32,000 nucleotides of DNA. Origin: Alkanindiges illinoisensis DSM 15370 (lineage in GTDB: Bacteria > Pseudomonadota > Gammaproteobacteria > Pseudomonadales > Moraxellaceae). Both the position numbers and the translations under genes were made by a program. Position 1 is the stretch's first letter. The number at the start of each line of letters is the position of its first letter. Below the pieces are notes generated by a model, which was not told the origin of the DNA, did not search any database, and worked only from the letters and a program-made list of their open reading frames with translations. The DNA is taken from the NCBI RefSeq assembly GCF_000619845.1, contig NZ_JHUX01000003.1:90001-122000 (forward strand), read 5' to 3'. Below are positions 1-10,779 of this stretch, in pieces.

Positions 1-1
1 G

Positions 2-3000
2 GTGATCGACGATCAGGTTGATGCCGAGTTACTTGAAATCTTCATGGAAGAGGCCGAGGAGCTGGTTAATGAAATTGACCAAAGCTTTGTAGTATGGCAA
101 CACAATCCTTCTGATATTGAACCGTTGAAAGTCCTGCAACGCCATTTACATACCTTAAAAGGCGGCGCAAGGATGGCACAGGTTAGCAGTCTGGGTGATT
201 TTGGCCACGAGCTGGAAACGGTATATGAGCGACTGGTCAATGGGACATTACAGTCAACACCGGCATTGATTCAGTTTATGCGTCATGCACAGGATATTGT
301 GGCCGAGCAGGTTGAACAGCTACAACTGCAGGGTACTTCTTTCTATGCCCAAACCGAGCTGGACTTGCTGCGTACTTACTTGCATACAGGTAACGACAGT
401 ATTCTGGTTCAGGGAATTAATACTGTATCGGCAACGTCGGCAATTGCCACGCCTGATATCTCTGCAGCAACAACACAAAAACCGGATGCCAGTCAAAGCG
501 CCAATAATCTGGCACAATTGGCTGATCAGGGTGAAATTACCAAAGCACCTGTTGCCACAGAAACGACGCAGCCTGTGCCAGAGCAAGCCAAGCCAGAACA
601 GCAGGTATTACCGCAGCAAATTATTACAAGTAGCCCTATAGGCGGGGCACGCGGTTCGTATGCCAGCGCGCAGGAATGGAATGATGAAGACCGTCCTGAT
701 GCGGACATGTTGAGCCTGTTCCTTGAGGAAGCTCAGGAGCAGGTTGAACACAGTAATCAGTTATTGCAGCAATGGCTCAAAGACAGCAAAGACAAGCGTG
801 CCTTGCTGGAACTGCAACGGAGCCTGCATACCATGAAAGGTGGTGCCCGCATGGCAGGCATTACCAGCGTGGCCAACTTTGCGCATGAACTTGAATTCGT
901 GTATGAAGATCTGGCTACTGTGCAAAAAACGGTACCCGCACTGGTTGGTAGTCTGCTGCAACTATGCCATGACTGGCTGAATGATGCGATTACTGTACTG
1001 GAACATAACCAGCAACCACTTGAGCCTGTTGCCCTGATCCAGACCTTACAACTGTTCCGTAAGGATGCTGACAGTCTCACCAGTCTGCCACGCTTTGATG
1101 AGGCAAATCAGCAGTTCCGTCAGGATTATGCAGGACAAACCCTGTTTGAGCAGGAAAGCATTACTGAGGTACATGGCGATGGTACTGAGCCGCCTTCCAT
1201 GTTTGGTTTATTTAATAGCCAGAATACTGAGCAGGCATCCAGCAATGAGATGATTCGTGTTTCCGCCAGTCTGATGGAAAAAATGATTAACCTTGCTGGT
1301 GAAAATGCGATCAATCGTGGCCGCATTGAAATGGGTGTCAATAACATTGGCTTTGTGCTTGATGAGATGGGGCTGACCATTGCCCGTCTGGCTGAACAGC
1401 TGCGCCGCATGGAAGGCGAGCTTGAGTCACAGATTCTGGCCCGTCACGAGCAGGAACGTGGGCAATATACTGACTTTGACCCACTGGAAATGGATCAATA
1501 TTCTTCGCTTAACCAGTTGTCAAAATCGCTGGCAGAATCTGCTTCTGACCTTGTGGATTTTAAAAATACCCTGACAGATAAAATCCGTGATACTGAAAAC
1601 CTTTTACTGCAGCAATCACGTATTCAGTCCGAGTTGCAAGATGGCCTGATGAATTCCCGTCTGGTTCCATTTTCCAGAATGTTACCCCGTCTACAGCGGG
1701 TAGTGCGTCAGACCTCAGGCGAGCTAAACAAGCCTGCTGAACTGATCATTAATAATGCTGAGGGCGAACTGGATCGTACTATTCTGGATCGTATGGTGGC
1801 ACCACTTGAGCATATGTTGCGTAATGCGGTGGATCATGGTCTGGAAACTCCGGAGCAGCGTCAGGAAGCCGGCAAGCTGGCCGTTGGCCAGATTGAATTA
1901 AATATTGAACGGCAGGGTAATGAAATTATCCTGACGCTTGAAGATGATGGCAAAGGCATTAATATTCAGGCAGTGCGTCAAAAAGCAGTTGAGCGTGGCC
2001 TGATTAGTGCCGATTCCAAATTAAATGACTACGATGTCATGCAGTTTATTTTCCATGCTGGTCTGTCTACAGCAGACAAGATCACCCAGATTTCTGGCCG
2101 TGGTGTGGGCATGGACGTGGTTCAAAGCGAAATCAAGCTGCTGGGCGGTACTGTGCACGTCGATTCTGTGCAGGGTAAGGGCACACGCTTTACTATGCGC
2201 TTGCCACTAACAGTTGCCGTTGCAGATGCACTGATGGTGCGTGTGGCGGATCGCCAGTTTGCCATTCCATTGTCACAAATTGACCGTATTGTTCGGGTAT
2301 CACCAGTGGCACTGGAACAATATTATCAAAGCCATGATGAAAGCTTTAACCTGGATGGCCAGAACTATCGCCTGAGATATTTGGGTGAATTCATTCAGGG
2401 CATAAAAGCACCAAACCTTCAATCACAAAGTATGTCCCTGCCTGTATTACTGGTAAAAGGCATGGGTCAATCCACAGCAATCCAGGTTGACCAACTGGTG
2501 GGTTCACGTGCCGAGATTGTGGTAAAACCAGTAGGCCAGCAGTTAACTTCCATTGACATGATTTCAGGTGCAACCATTGTGGGCGATGGTTCGGTTACTG
2601 TGATTCTGGATGCACAGGCGCTGGCACGTCGTGCTTCTGCCACAGCCCGTAACCAGGCAGTCAGCACTCAGAAAGTTACTGAAACAGCACCAAGACAGGA
2701 AAGCAAAAAACGTACAGTCATGGTGGTGGATGACTCTGTAACTGTACGCAAAGTAACGTCGCGCTTGCTTGAGCGTCAAGGCTATGATGTGGTAACTGCT
2801 AAAGATGGTGTGGATGCCATTGAGAAGCTGGAAGAGGTAACACCAGACATCATGCTGCTTGATATTGAAATGCCACGCATGGACGGTTTTGAGGTTGCCA
2901 CGCTGGTACGCCATAACGAGCGTACCAATGAACTGCCAATTATCATGATTACATCCCGTACTGGTGAAAAACATCGTGAGCGTGCATTTCTGACAGGCGT

Positions 3001-3082
3001 AAATGCTTATATGGGTAAACCGTTCCAGGAAGCTGAGTTACTACAGAATATTGAGGAATTACTTGCCGCAGCAAGCAATTAA
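2..3082 (+). CDS. chpA: ChpA/PilL-type hybrid CheA histidine kinase of the Pil-Chp chemosensory system (5' end lies outside the window)
   Basis: The frame is open from the window edge. It has two Hpt signatures (LHTLKGGARMA near nt 149, LHTMKGGARMAG near nt 830), an HATPase N-box HMLRNAVDHGLE and G-boxes DDGKGI and GRGVGMD. A CheW-like segment and a C-terminal receiver follow (VMVVDDS...MLLDIEMPRMDG...MGKP). Confidence 0.9.
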   Translation: MIDDQVDAELLEIFMEEAEELVNEIDQSFVVWQHNPSDIEPLKVLQRHLHTLKGGARMAQVSSLGDFGHELETVYERLVNGTLQSTPALIQFMRHAQDIVAEQVEQLQLQGTSFYAQTELDLLRTYLHTGNDSILVQGINTVSATSAIATPDISAATTQKPDASQSANNLAQLADQGEITKAPVATETTQPVPEQAKPEQQVLPQQIITSSPIGGARGSYASAQEWNDEDRPDADMLSLFLEEAQEQVEHSNQLLQQWLKDSKDKRALLELQRSLHTMKGGARMAGITSVANFAHELEFVYEDLATVQKTVPALVGSLLQLCHDWLNDAITVLEHNQQPLEPVALIQTLQLFRKDADSLTSLPRFDEANQQFRQDYAGQTLFEQESITEVHGDGTEPPSMFGLFNSQNTEQASSNEMIRVSASLMEKMINLAGENAINRGRIEMGVNNIGFVLDEMGLTIARLAEQLRRMEGELESQILARHEQERGQYTDFDPLEMDQYSSLNQLSKSLAESASDLVDFKNTLTDKIRDTENLLLQQSRIQSELQDGLMNSRLVPFSRMLPRLQRVVRQTSGELNKPAELIINNAEGELDRTILDRMVAPLEHMLRNAVDHGLETPEQRQEAGKLAVGQIELNIERQGNEIILTLEDDGKGINIQAVRQKAVERGLISADSKLNDYDVMQFIFHAGLSTADKITQISGRGVGMDVVQSEIKLLGGTVHVDSVQGKGTRFTMRLPLTVAVADALMVRVADRQFAIPLSQIDRIVRVSPVALEQYYQSHDESFNLDGQNYRLRYLGEFIQGIKAPNLQSQSMSLPVLLVKGMGQSTAIQVDQLVGSRAEIVVKPVGQQLTSIDMISGATIVGDGSVTVILDAQALARRASATARNQAVSTQKVTETAPRQESKKRTVMVVDDSVTVRKVTSRLLERQGYDVVTAKDGVDAIEKLEEVTPDIMLLDIEMPRMDGFEVATLVRHNERTNELPIIMITSRTGEKHRERAFLTGVNAYMGKPFQEAELLQNIEELLAAASN

Positions 3083-3140
3083 CCCGTGGTAGCCTTTAAG
3101 CAGTACTTTGATATGGCATTAACGCTGTAGTAGTGGTGAG

Positions 3141-4127
3141 ATGATTCCAAAGTTAATCATCGTTGCAGATGACGCACGGCAACGCCACGCCCTGACTGAT
3201 GTGAGTCAGGCGTGTGGCTTTGAAATCATGCATTGTCTGGCCTCACGCCAGTTTGACGCCACAATTGCCCAGCAACAACCGGACCTGTGGATTATTGATG
3301 TTGAAAATGAAGATGACCTACTGGAGCAGATTGGCTTTGACCAGCCCATGCTCATGGGAATGACAGCAGCCCCAGCCTTTACCGAACAAATACTTTATAA
3401 ACGCTGGAAGCAAGCCATTAGTCGCAAGCTGCTGACCTTGTTAAGTGATAAGGTGCCTATTTTAAACAATGCAGTTGCCTTGAACTCTGCATTGGCGGGT
3501 AATGCCAAACAGATCCTAAGTGCCAGACTGTTGCCAGCAGCATGGCGTGTGGTTTTACTGGCTGCTTCGATGGGCGGACTGGAGGCGGTAAAGGCATTTC
3601 TGGATAAGGTTTCGCCTGATTTGCCGGTGATTTTTTTGCTGGTACAGCACATTGATCCTTACATGCAATCACAGCTTCCCCGCATTTTAAGCCGCCATAA
3701 CCAGTGGACATTTGAAATGCTGAATCGCTCTGAAATGCCACTGGACATGGGAAAGGTCTATATTGTTCCTGCCCAGCACCAGATTAACTTTGACCGGCAG
3801 GGGCGGGTGGTGATGCAGACTGATAGTTGGCCTGGTGCTTATCAGCCCTCTATTACCACCATGATGCATCGTGCCAGTACCGTGTTTAGAAACCAGCTAC
3901 TGACCATTGTTTTTAGTGGCATGGGGGATGACGGCAGTCATTCAGCGGCTTATCAGATTAATTGTGGTGGCAAAATCTGGGCACAAACCTCGGAAAGCTG
4001 TGCCTCAGCTAGCCAGCCGGATCAGATGCGTGCCACAGGGCAAGTCTGTTTTAATGAAACACCGGAAGGGCTGGCACAACAGCTTGCCTTGGAATATAGA
4101 CAAAGTAGGGAGAACAGTAATGAGTAA
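3141..4127 (+). CDS. chpB: CheB-like protein-glutamate methylesterase with an N-terminal receiver-like domain (ChpB-like)
   Basis: The methylesterase triad contexts are present: AASMGG (Ser), LVQHID (His), SGMGDDG (Asp). The N-terminus has receiver-like IVADD and LWIIDVE. It starts 58 nt after chpA and is preceded by GGTGAG. Confidence 0.8.
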   Translation: MIPKLIIVADDARQRHALTDVSQACGFEIMHCLASRQFDATIAQQQPDLWIIDVENEDDLLEQIGFDQPMLMGMTAAPAFTEQILYKRWKQAISRKLLTLLSDKVPILNNAVALNSALAGNAKQILSARLLPAAWRVVLLAASMGGLEAVKAFLDKVSPDLPVIFLLVQHIDPYMQSQLPRILSRHNQWTFEMLNRSEMPLDMGKVYIVPAQHQINFDRQGRVVMQTDSWPGAYQPSITTMMHRASTVFRNQLLTIVFSGMGDDGSHSAAYQINCGGKIWAQTSESCASASQPDQMRATGQVCFNETPEGLAQQLALEYRQSRENSNE

Positions 4128-4560
4128 TAATCACGAGGCCAGCTATACGATGAGTCTGCTCACTACAACAACAGGCTTTGTTGATGTCTATGTGATTGAT
4201 GCAGACCAGCAACTGCCCTGGCTAATTCCACAAAATTTGGTGCTGGCAGCCTTGAGTGCAGAATCCGGTATTCAGGAAATTGAATGGCGTGACAACAATT
4301 TGCCTGTATTAAGTCTGGTGAATACCCAGATTGCCAAGCCAGTGGCACTGGTGATTGAAAGTTTAAATGGTCAGCGCTTTGCCCTGCTAACTGAAAAAAT
4401 GCCGGATTCCCAGCGCGTCCGTATTTCAAGCTTGCATGATGAGGACCAACAGCCTGCCAATGATCCTTTCGTGTTTCAGGTAGTTAAAATGCAAGAACAA
4501 TCCTATCAGGTGCCGGATTTTGAAAAAATCAACCAGCATCTGGCCTCACTGGCTTCTTAG
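4120..4560 (+). CDS. CheW-like coupling protein (ChpC-like), 146 aa
   Basis: ATG 4120 overlaps the chpB-like stop (ATGAGTAA, 8-nt overlap), which suggests translational coupling. Size and position after chpA/chpB match ChpC. The tracked ORF start at 3907 would overlap chpB by 221 nt, so I trimmed it. The CheW assignment rests on size, context and weak by-eye similarity only. Confidence 0.5.
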   Translation: MSNNHEASYTMSLLTTTTGFVDVYVIDADQQLPWLIPQNLVLAALSAESGIQEIEWRDNNLPVLSLVNTQIAKPVALVIESLNGQRFALLTEKMPDSQRVRISSLHDEDQQPANDPFVFQVVKMQEQSYQVPDFEKINQHLASLAS

Positions 4561-4596
4561 GTTTTAATCTTGCTTTAAAGTAATAAAATAAAAAAT

Positions 4597-4618
4597 AGCC
4601 AGCTTAGGTAAGCTGGCT
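4597..4618 (-). terminator. Rho-independent terminator of dapE (may also stop the convergent chp operon)
   Basis: Perfect 9-bp stem AGCCAGCTT/AAGCTGGCT with loop AGGT. On the minus strand it is followed by a T-rich run (plus-strand AAAAAT at 4591-4596). Confidence 0.6.
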
Positions 4619-4647
4619 GTGATTAACCATCAATTATTTAAAAAAAT

Positions 4648-5814
<1,167 letters not shown>

Positions 5815-5920
5815 TTAATCAAATATATGTTAAACCGTTGCGATATCATAACATTGATTAATTTATTGCAGTATTGATGACTAAGCGTGCCCAATAAAAA
5901 GCTGTCTGTATCAAAGCATT

Positions 5921-5955
5921 GTTACTAACAAAAAGCTCAGTTACTAACAAAAAGC
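5921..5955. repeat. Perfect 16-nt tandem direct repeat GTTACTAACAAAAAGC x2 (period 19)
   Basis: The copies are at 5921-5936 and 5940-5955, separated by TCA. The second copy supplies the A/T tract of the adjacent terminator. No function is assigned. Confidence 0.9.
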
Positions 5956-5978
5956 CCATTATCGAATTGACAATGGGC
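5949..5978 (-). terminator. Rho-independent terminator of the entericidin-like gene
   Basis: Stem GCCCATT (5954-5960) pairs with AATGGGC (5972-5978). On the minus strand it is followed by TTTTT (plus-strand A-run 5949-5953). Confidence 0.6.
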
Positions 5979-6007
5979 TAGTCTATTTAAGCTGAATAAA
6001 GGCTTAA

Positions 6008-6145
6008 TTACATTTTGTGCTGGGTATCAGCAGCAGTATCAGTTACTTTGTCGCCTGCTTTTGAAACGTCCTGACCAAAACCTTTCATGGTGTTACAGCC
6101 AGTTAGAACAACACCTACCAGCGCAAGAGCAGCGATTAATTTCAT
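6008..6145 (-). CDS. entericidin EcnA/B-family small lipoprotein (45 aa)
   Basis: Hand translation gives MKLIAALALVGVVLTGCNTMKGFGQDVSKAGDKVTDTAADTQHKM. It has a lipobox (LTGC), and GGAGAG lies 5 nt upstream of the ATG. A terminator lies downstream. It is below the 60-aa cutoff of the ORF track. Confidence 0.7.
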   Translation of the reverse strand: MKLIAALALVGVVLTGCNTMKGFGQDVSKAGDKVTDTAADTQHKM

Positions 6146-6186
6146 GTTTCTCTCCAGAAAATACAATATAGTTTGTAGCTCTAAAC

Positions 6187-7170
6187 TTATATGATTGATA
6201 TCTGATTGAAAATATCTGCTGCGTTAGGGTTAGGTTTCAAAGTGTTATGATTATTGAGGAATTTATGGCTTTTGTCAGTAATCCGTAACATGAAATGTAA
6301 AACTACTTTGTTTTCAGCGTTTAACAACAAATAAAGGCCATTGCGCCAATATACAGGATAGTGAATTGATTTGGCGTTCTGCGGAATTTCATTGGAAGGA
6401 AAATGCGTGTTTTCTACCATCCATTCCTGTCGGCTGGCATAATGCCATTTAAACCCTGCCGGTGCAGGCGGGACGGTATAGCTCCAAAACCCGGTTAAAT
6501 GCTCGGGCGTTGACCACTCAGGGAAATCTACAGTAGTGCCAGCCGGATAAAATAAACGACCTTTAACAATAGCACGACGCAAGTTGATGGTGTGATCATC
6601 GGTATGGCTGACATTAAACTGGTGCTGGCACAAATGTTTAAGTTTTCGATCCAGACTATCGCGCCGGTTAGGACCTAGCCATTGTTCTGCACACAAATTG
6701 CCTTCACCCAGATAAAACTTGATGGCAACTTCCCAGTGTTCTATGTTCCGCGTGTCCTGATTTAAAATTAAAAAATCTATTTCACCTAATGTACGTTGTC
6801 CTTCCATACGTTTAATACCCCGACCCAGCAAGGTAAAAGGATGATAGGCACTATCCTGTAGCCAGAATGCCAGTAAATGTTCAAACCGGATGCCCAACCT
6901 TGTATTGCGCAAGGTGAGCATATGCTGTTCAAGTGGCAGCGGATGAGCATCCAGTTGCTGTAAGCGCGGCAGGTAATTGGCAAAGTGCTTTTGCCAGAAG
7001 CTGTCGTCTGGCAACGCAATATCTTGCGTCGGCATTAAATGATTTGTCGTTAATGCCAGCGATTCAGGCCAGTGCGCGAGCAGGGGTGGACTCGCAATAC
7101 TAAAGGCCAGTTCGCGTACTAGCGGATGTTTGAATAATAACCAAGGCTGATTAGTACCAAAAAAGTCCAT
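6187..7170 (-). CDS. DUF1853-like hypothetical protein (possible PD-(D/E)xK-fold)
   Basis: A 327-aa ORF whose GEIDFLILN ... HWEVAIKFYLG block resembles the DUF1853 core as I recall it. No function is known. Confidence 0.65.
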   Translation of the reverse strand: MDFFGTNQPWLLFKHPLVRELAFSIASPPLLAHWPESLALTTNHLMPTQDIALPDDSFWQKHFANYLPRLQQLDAHPLPLEQHMLTLRNTRLGIRFEHLLAFWLQDSAYHPFTLLGRGIKRMEGQRTLGEIDFLILNQDTRNIEHWEVAIKFYLGEGNLCAEQWLGPNRRDSLDRKLKHLCQHQFNVSHTDDHTINLRRAIVKGRLFYPAGTTVDFPEWSTPEHLTGFWSYTVPPAPAGFKWHYASRQEWMVENTHFPSNEIPQNAKSIHYPVYWRNGLYLLLNAENKVVLHFMLRITDKSHKFLNNHNTLKPNPNAADIFNQISII

Positions 7171-7330
7171 TATTTTTTGAAAAATTTAAGAGAGCGGCAG
7201 AATAGCAGTAAATTTTCAGGAGTTGAAATAGGGAAGGGGAAAATAAGCCATAAATAAAAAAACTACCAGACCCTGTAATATTAAAGGAGGCACTTTTATG
7301 ACAATTTTTTAAATATGAACTTTTGAAGAA

Positions 7331-7417
7331 TGGTGCCCCGAGCCAGAATCGAACTGGCACGCCCGTTAAGGCGAGGGATTTTAAATCCCTTGTGTCTACC
7401 GATTTCACCATCGGGGC
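7331..7417 (-). tRNA. tRNA-Leu (anticodon TAA)
   Basis: The reverse complement is GCCCCGATGGTGAAATCGGTAGACACAAGGGATTTAAAATCCCTCGCCTTAACGGGCGTGCCAGTTCGATTCTGGCTCGGGGCACCA. It folds as a cloverleaf with a long variable arm, anticodon loop TTTAAAA and an encoded CCA. Confidence 0.93.
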
Positions 7418-7450
7418 CAAGTTGATAACAACAGGTTTCTAAAAAGAAAC

Positions 7451-7524
7451 TGGAGGCGCGATCCGGAGTCGAACCGGACTAATCGGATTTGCAATCCGGT
7501 GCATAACCGCTTTGCTATCGCGCC
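7451..7524 (-). tRNA. tRNA-Cys (anticodon GCA)
   Basis: The reverse complement is GGCGCGATAGCAAAGCGGTTATGCACCGGATTGCAAATCCGATTAGTCCGGTTCGACTCCGGATCGCGCCTCCA. It is very close to E. coli tRNA-Cys, with anticodon loop TTGCAAA. Confidence 0.93.
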
Positions 7525-7729
7525 AACTGATTGCATGACTGGCATGGTTGCCTGTCTTGCCAGCGAAAAAGCATTGCTTTATGACCGCTGTTCAGGCCGA
7601 CAATATTATCAGCCTGAAAAAAAAATACAAGCAAATCAGGCTGACATTATGGCTAAAAAGACAGCATTCACGTCAAAACTTATGCCTGCATTTAAGGTAT
7701 CATGCGCATAGTCATAAAATTGCGGAGAA

Positions 7730-8584
7730 ATGATTGTGGCAAACTTGCTGGATGGTCGTGCATTAGCTGCAAAAATTGAACAGGATTTAAGCCAGCGCGT
7801 GGCAGCCTTAAAAGAAAAAACCGGACGTACGCCAATTCTGGCCACGATTCTGGTCGGTGATGATGGCGCGTCGGCTACCTATGTGCGTATGAAAGGCAAC
7901 GCCTGCCGCCGCGTGGGTATGGATTCGCTCAAGATTGAACTGCCGCAATCCACGACCACCGAGCAATTACTGGCTGAAATTGAAAAGCTGAATGCCAATC
8001 CGGATGTGCATGGCATTTTGCTACAACACCCGGTGCCTGAACAAATTGACGAGCGTGCCTGTTTTGATGCCATTAACCTGAATAAAGATGTAGATGGCGT
8101 CACTTGTCTGGGTTTTGGCCGCATGAGTATGGGCGAGCCAGCCTATGGTTCTGCAACACCGCAAGGCATTATGACCATTTTAAAAGAGTACGGCATTGAG
8201 ATTGCAGGCAAGCATGCGGTAGTCGTTGGCCGTAGTGCGATTCTGGGCAAGCCGATGGCCATGATGCTACTGGCTGCCAATGCCACCGTGACCATTTGTC
8301 ATTCCCGTACCCGGAACCTACCTGTGCTGGTGAAGCAGGCAGATATTGTGGTTGGTGCAGTGGGTAAGGCCGAGCTGATTAAAAAAGACTGGATCAAGCC
8401 AGGTGCAGTGGTGGTTGATGCTGGTTTTCACCCACGCGCGGACGGTGGCGTTGGCGATATTGAGCTGGTTGGCATTGAAGCCATTGCCAGCAGCTATACG
8501 CCTGTACCGGGCGGGGTGGGACCAATGACCATTACCACGCTCATCCGCCAGACTGTCGAAGCGGCTGAAAAGGCACTGGGTTAA
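7730..8584 (+). CDS. folD: bifunctional 5,10-methylenetetrahydrofolate dehydrogenase/cyclohydrolase
   Basis: FolD hallmarks are present: [59 protein letters not shown] and [10 protein letters not shown]. Confidence 0.93.
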   Translation: MIVANLLDGRALAAKIEQDLSQRVAALKEKTGRTPILATILVGDDGASATYVRMKGNACRRVGMDSLKIELPQSTTTEQLLAEIEKLNANPDVHGILLQHPVPEQIDERACFDAINLNKDVDGVTCLGFGRMSMGEPAYGSATPQGIMTILKEYGIEIAGKHAVVVGRSAILGKPMAMMLLAANATVTICHSRTRNLPVLVKQADIVVGAVGKAELIKKDWIKPGAVVVDAGFHPRADGGVGDIELVGIEAIASSYTPVPGGVGPMTITTLIRQTVEAAEKALG

Positions 8585-9277
8585 ATGCAGGCAGTGTCCA
8601 GTATAGGAGCGCAGCAAGCGCCAGCATCAGCGCCTGAAGTGTTGTTACAGGCGTTACATCAGGTGATTCCAGCCACGGGTTTAAGTTGCCAGCGTTTGCC
8701 CGGCACATTGATTGATTTGTGGTTAATTCCACCGGATTTGCCAACAGAGCGCATGGATGATGAAGTGGTGCGGCGCATCTGGAATGACACGCCATACTGG
8801 ATTTTCTGCTGGGCTTCCGGGCTTGCGATGGCCCAGTGGTTACTTGCTGAACCGCATCATGTAAAAGATAAAGAGGTACTGGATTTTGGTGCAGGTTCTG
8901 GTGTAGTAGCCATTGCCGCAAAAATGGCAGGTGCCAAACGGGTGATTGCCTGTGATATTGACCAGATTAGCCTGATTGCCTGCCGGGAAAATGCCTTGCT
9001 GAATCAGGTTGAGCTGGAATATCTGGATGACCTGTATGCCTATACTGAACAGGCGGATGTGCTGTTAGCTGCCGATGTGCTGTACGATCAGAGCAACCGG
9101 TTTTTTCTGGATGAATTTTTGAAATTTGGCAAACAGGTCTGGGTGGCTGATTCGCGGGTAAAGAATTTTTCACACCCGGCTTATGAAAAAGTGGATGAAC
9201 GTAGCGCGACCACCTGGCCTGATCTGGATGAAGCGAAAGAATTCAGGAATGTAAGTTTTTATCGCACTATCAAGTGA
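8585..9277 (+). CDS. class I SAM-dependent methyltransferase (PrmA-like)
   Basis: SAM-binding motif I VLDFGAGSGVVAIAAKMAGAKRVIACDID and an acidic post-I loop. The ATG abuts the folD stop (TAAATG). Confidence 0.75.
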   Translation: MQAVSSIGAQQAPASAPEVLLQALHQVIPATGLSCQRLPGTLIDLWLIPPDLPTERMDDEVVRRIWNDTPYWIFCWASGLAMAQWLLAEPHHVKDKEVLDFGAGSGVVAIAAKMAGAKRVIACDIDQISLIACRENALLNQVELEYLDDLYAYTEQADVLLAADVLYDQSNRFFLDEFLKFGKQVWVADSRVKNFSHPAYEKVDERSATTWPDLDEAKEFRNVSFYRTIK

Positions 9278-9481
9278 CTATAAATTCTGTGGTTAATGAT
9301 TAAGAAAATTTAATGCTGGGCGCATTTTATCGGCAAAAGATGGCATTTCAAGGTTAAATTTGGCTATATTAGCAGTCGGTTGAACCTTGAAAAGCTTTTT
9401 ATAGGGCGCTCACGGTACACATTTAAAATTAGAATCAGTCACTTATCCAGTGAACACCTAAAATATTAAAGGCATATTACT

Positions 9482-10147
9482 GTGAAGTATTATCGTTATA
9501 CCGATTTAGTCTGGTTAAATCGTTGCTTATACACTCTGCTTTTCCCCCCTGCCATATTGACCATCATTGGCCTGCTGCATGGTTTATACAGCTTGCAGCG
9601 CTTGCGTGGGCAGTCATCGCTGGCCGCACTGGACAGCTTGAATCCTGACCTGTCACACATGCTAATGCTGGATGGCATTTTGCGGGTTTCCCAGATTAGC
9701 CTCACCATCCTCATGCTGACTTTCTTTGCCTTCTGCTGGTTATATTACGCCAAGCGAAACCTGATTGCGCTGTTTCAGCAGGTGGAGCACTGTTTGATTA
9801 ATAATCTCAAGCAATTTGCCAACCTGTTTATCAGCATTTTCTTTTCCTTACGCATGATGCGGGAATTATGGCGCACCAGTATTCCCAAAAACCATCGTCA
9901 TGGTATTCAGCACTGGCTGGTTCCAGTGTGGTGGGTAATTCTGATTGCAGCCAATACCTGTAAAATCGTGGCAGTGGTGCTACTGGCTAAGGCCGCCACA
10001 GTAGGCGACTGGTTTAATGGCTATGAGTGGATGCTGGCCGCTTACTGCTTTTATTTTCCCTTGTATATTTTGACCTGGCGACTGGCAAACCAGTTGGCCC
10101 GTTACCAGAAAATCCAGTGGCAACAGCTGATGACCCAAAGCGCTTAA
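9482..10147 (+). CDS. hypothetical multi-pass membrane protein (possibly DUF4328-like)
   Basis: GTG start. The product has several hydrophobic segments and a Trp-rich HWLVPVWWVILIAA block. The family call is tentative and there is no clear SD. Confidence 0.55.
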   Translation: MKYYRYTDLVWLNRCLYTLLFPPAILTIIGLLHGLYSLQRLRGQSSLAALDSLNPDLSHMLMLDGILRVSQISLTILMLTFFAFCWLYYAKRNLIALFQQVEHCLINNLKQFANLFISIFFSLRMMRELWRTSIPKNHRHGIQHWLVPVWWVILIAANTCKIVAVVLLAKAATVGDWFNGYEWMLAAYCFYFPLYILTWRLANQLARYQKIQWQQLMTQSA

Positions 10148-10221
10148 GTAAAAAATAACTGCTTAAGCAATATCGCATCATCCACTGGTTTTAATGGGTT
10201 GATTAAAGTCTTGCCCAAAAA

Positions 10222-10253
10222 AGCCCGCTGCTCAATAGCATCGGGCTTTTTTT
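10222..10253. terminator. Bidirectional rho-independent terminator between convergent genes
   Basis: AAAAAAGCCCG-CTGCTCAATAGCA-TCGGGCTTTTTTT. The stem AGCCCG/CGGGCT has an A-run on one side and a T-run on the other. Confidence 0.65.
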
Positions 10254-10266
10254 ATTTTCTATATTC

Positions 10267-10779
10267 TTAACGTAAGCAGGCAGCCGTAACTTGCTTTAAA
10301 GTATTGGGACTGGCATTTAGCATGTCCATTCCTGCGGTATTACTGCTATTTGATAGTTTGGGCGTGGCAGACAAGCCAAATGAAGTGCGCTCACTATTAC
10401 CTAGCGGCACAGTGCTGTTATTGACGTTATTGTTAAAGCTTTCCTGCTGGTTGAGATTGGCAAATTCTTTTTGATCCAAAATATTAATGTTCACTGGCGT
10501 GTTCAGGGCTAATCCCAGTTCTTTGGCACAGGCTTTTTGCAGCTTCTGGCTGATTATCTGATCGGTAGTTTTGCTGTCCAGTGTATAGCTGATAATCACC
10601 TGATCCGGATTACTGGGTTCACGCTGATAACCGGTTTTTCCATTATAAGGTTGAATGCTTTGGCAGGCCGTAAGTCCCATAGCCGCCATCATTAAACCCA
10701 GTAGCGTAGCTTGTGACCACGCGGCCTGTTTTAGCCTTGTTTTAGCAATCCGATTGTTGTTCTCGTCATTTTTTATCAT
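10267..10779 (-). CDS. hypothetical lipoprotein
   Basis: Signal peptide with lipobox (LLGLMMAAMGLTAC|QS) and an Asn/Ser-rich C-terminal half. I recognise no family. Confidence 0.6.
   Translation of the reverse strand: MIKNDENNNRIAKTRLKQAAWSQATLLGLMMAAMGLTACQSIQPYNGKTGYQREPSNPDQVIISYTLDSKTTDQIISQKLQKACAKELGLALNTPVNINILDQKEFANLNQQESFNNNVNNSTVPLGNSERTSFGLSATPKLSNSSNTAGMDMLNASPNTLKQVTAACLR

Noticed and set aside
3907-4119. The 71-codon N-terminal extension of the CheW-like ORF.
   Set aside because: It would overlap the CheB-like gene by 221 nt in another frame. The ATG at 4120 sits in a stop/start overlap typical of coupled genes.
7151-7420. An 89-aa minus-strand ORF upstream of the DUF1853 gene.
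   Set aside because: It overlaps tRNA-Leu (7331-7417) on the same strand and reads through the tRNA sequence, so it is an artefact of ORF calling.
6000-7530. The possibility that the tRNA-Cys/tRNA-Leu pair marks a genomic-island integration site.
   Set aside because: There is no integrase, no direct repeat of a tRNA 3' end and no mobility genes. The neighbouring genes (DUF1853, entericidin-like, dapE) look chromosomal.
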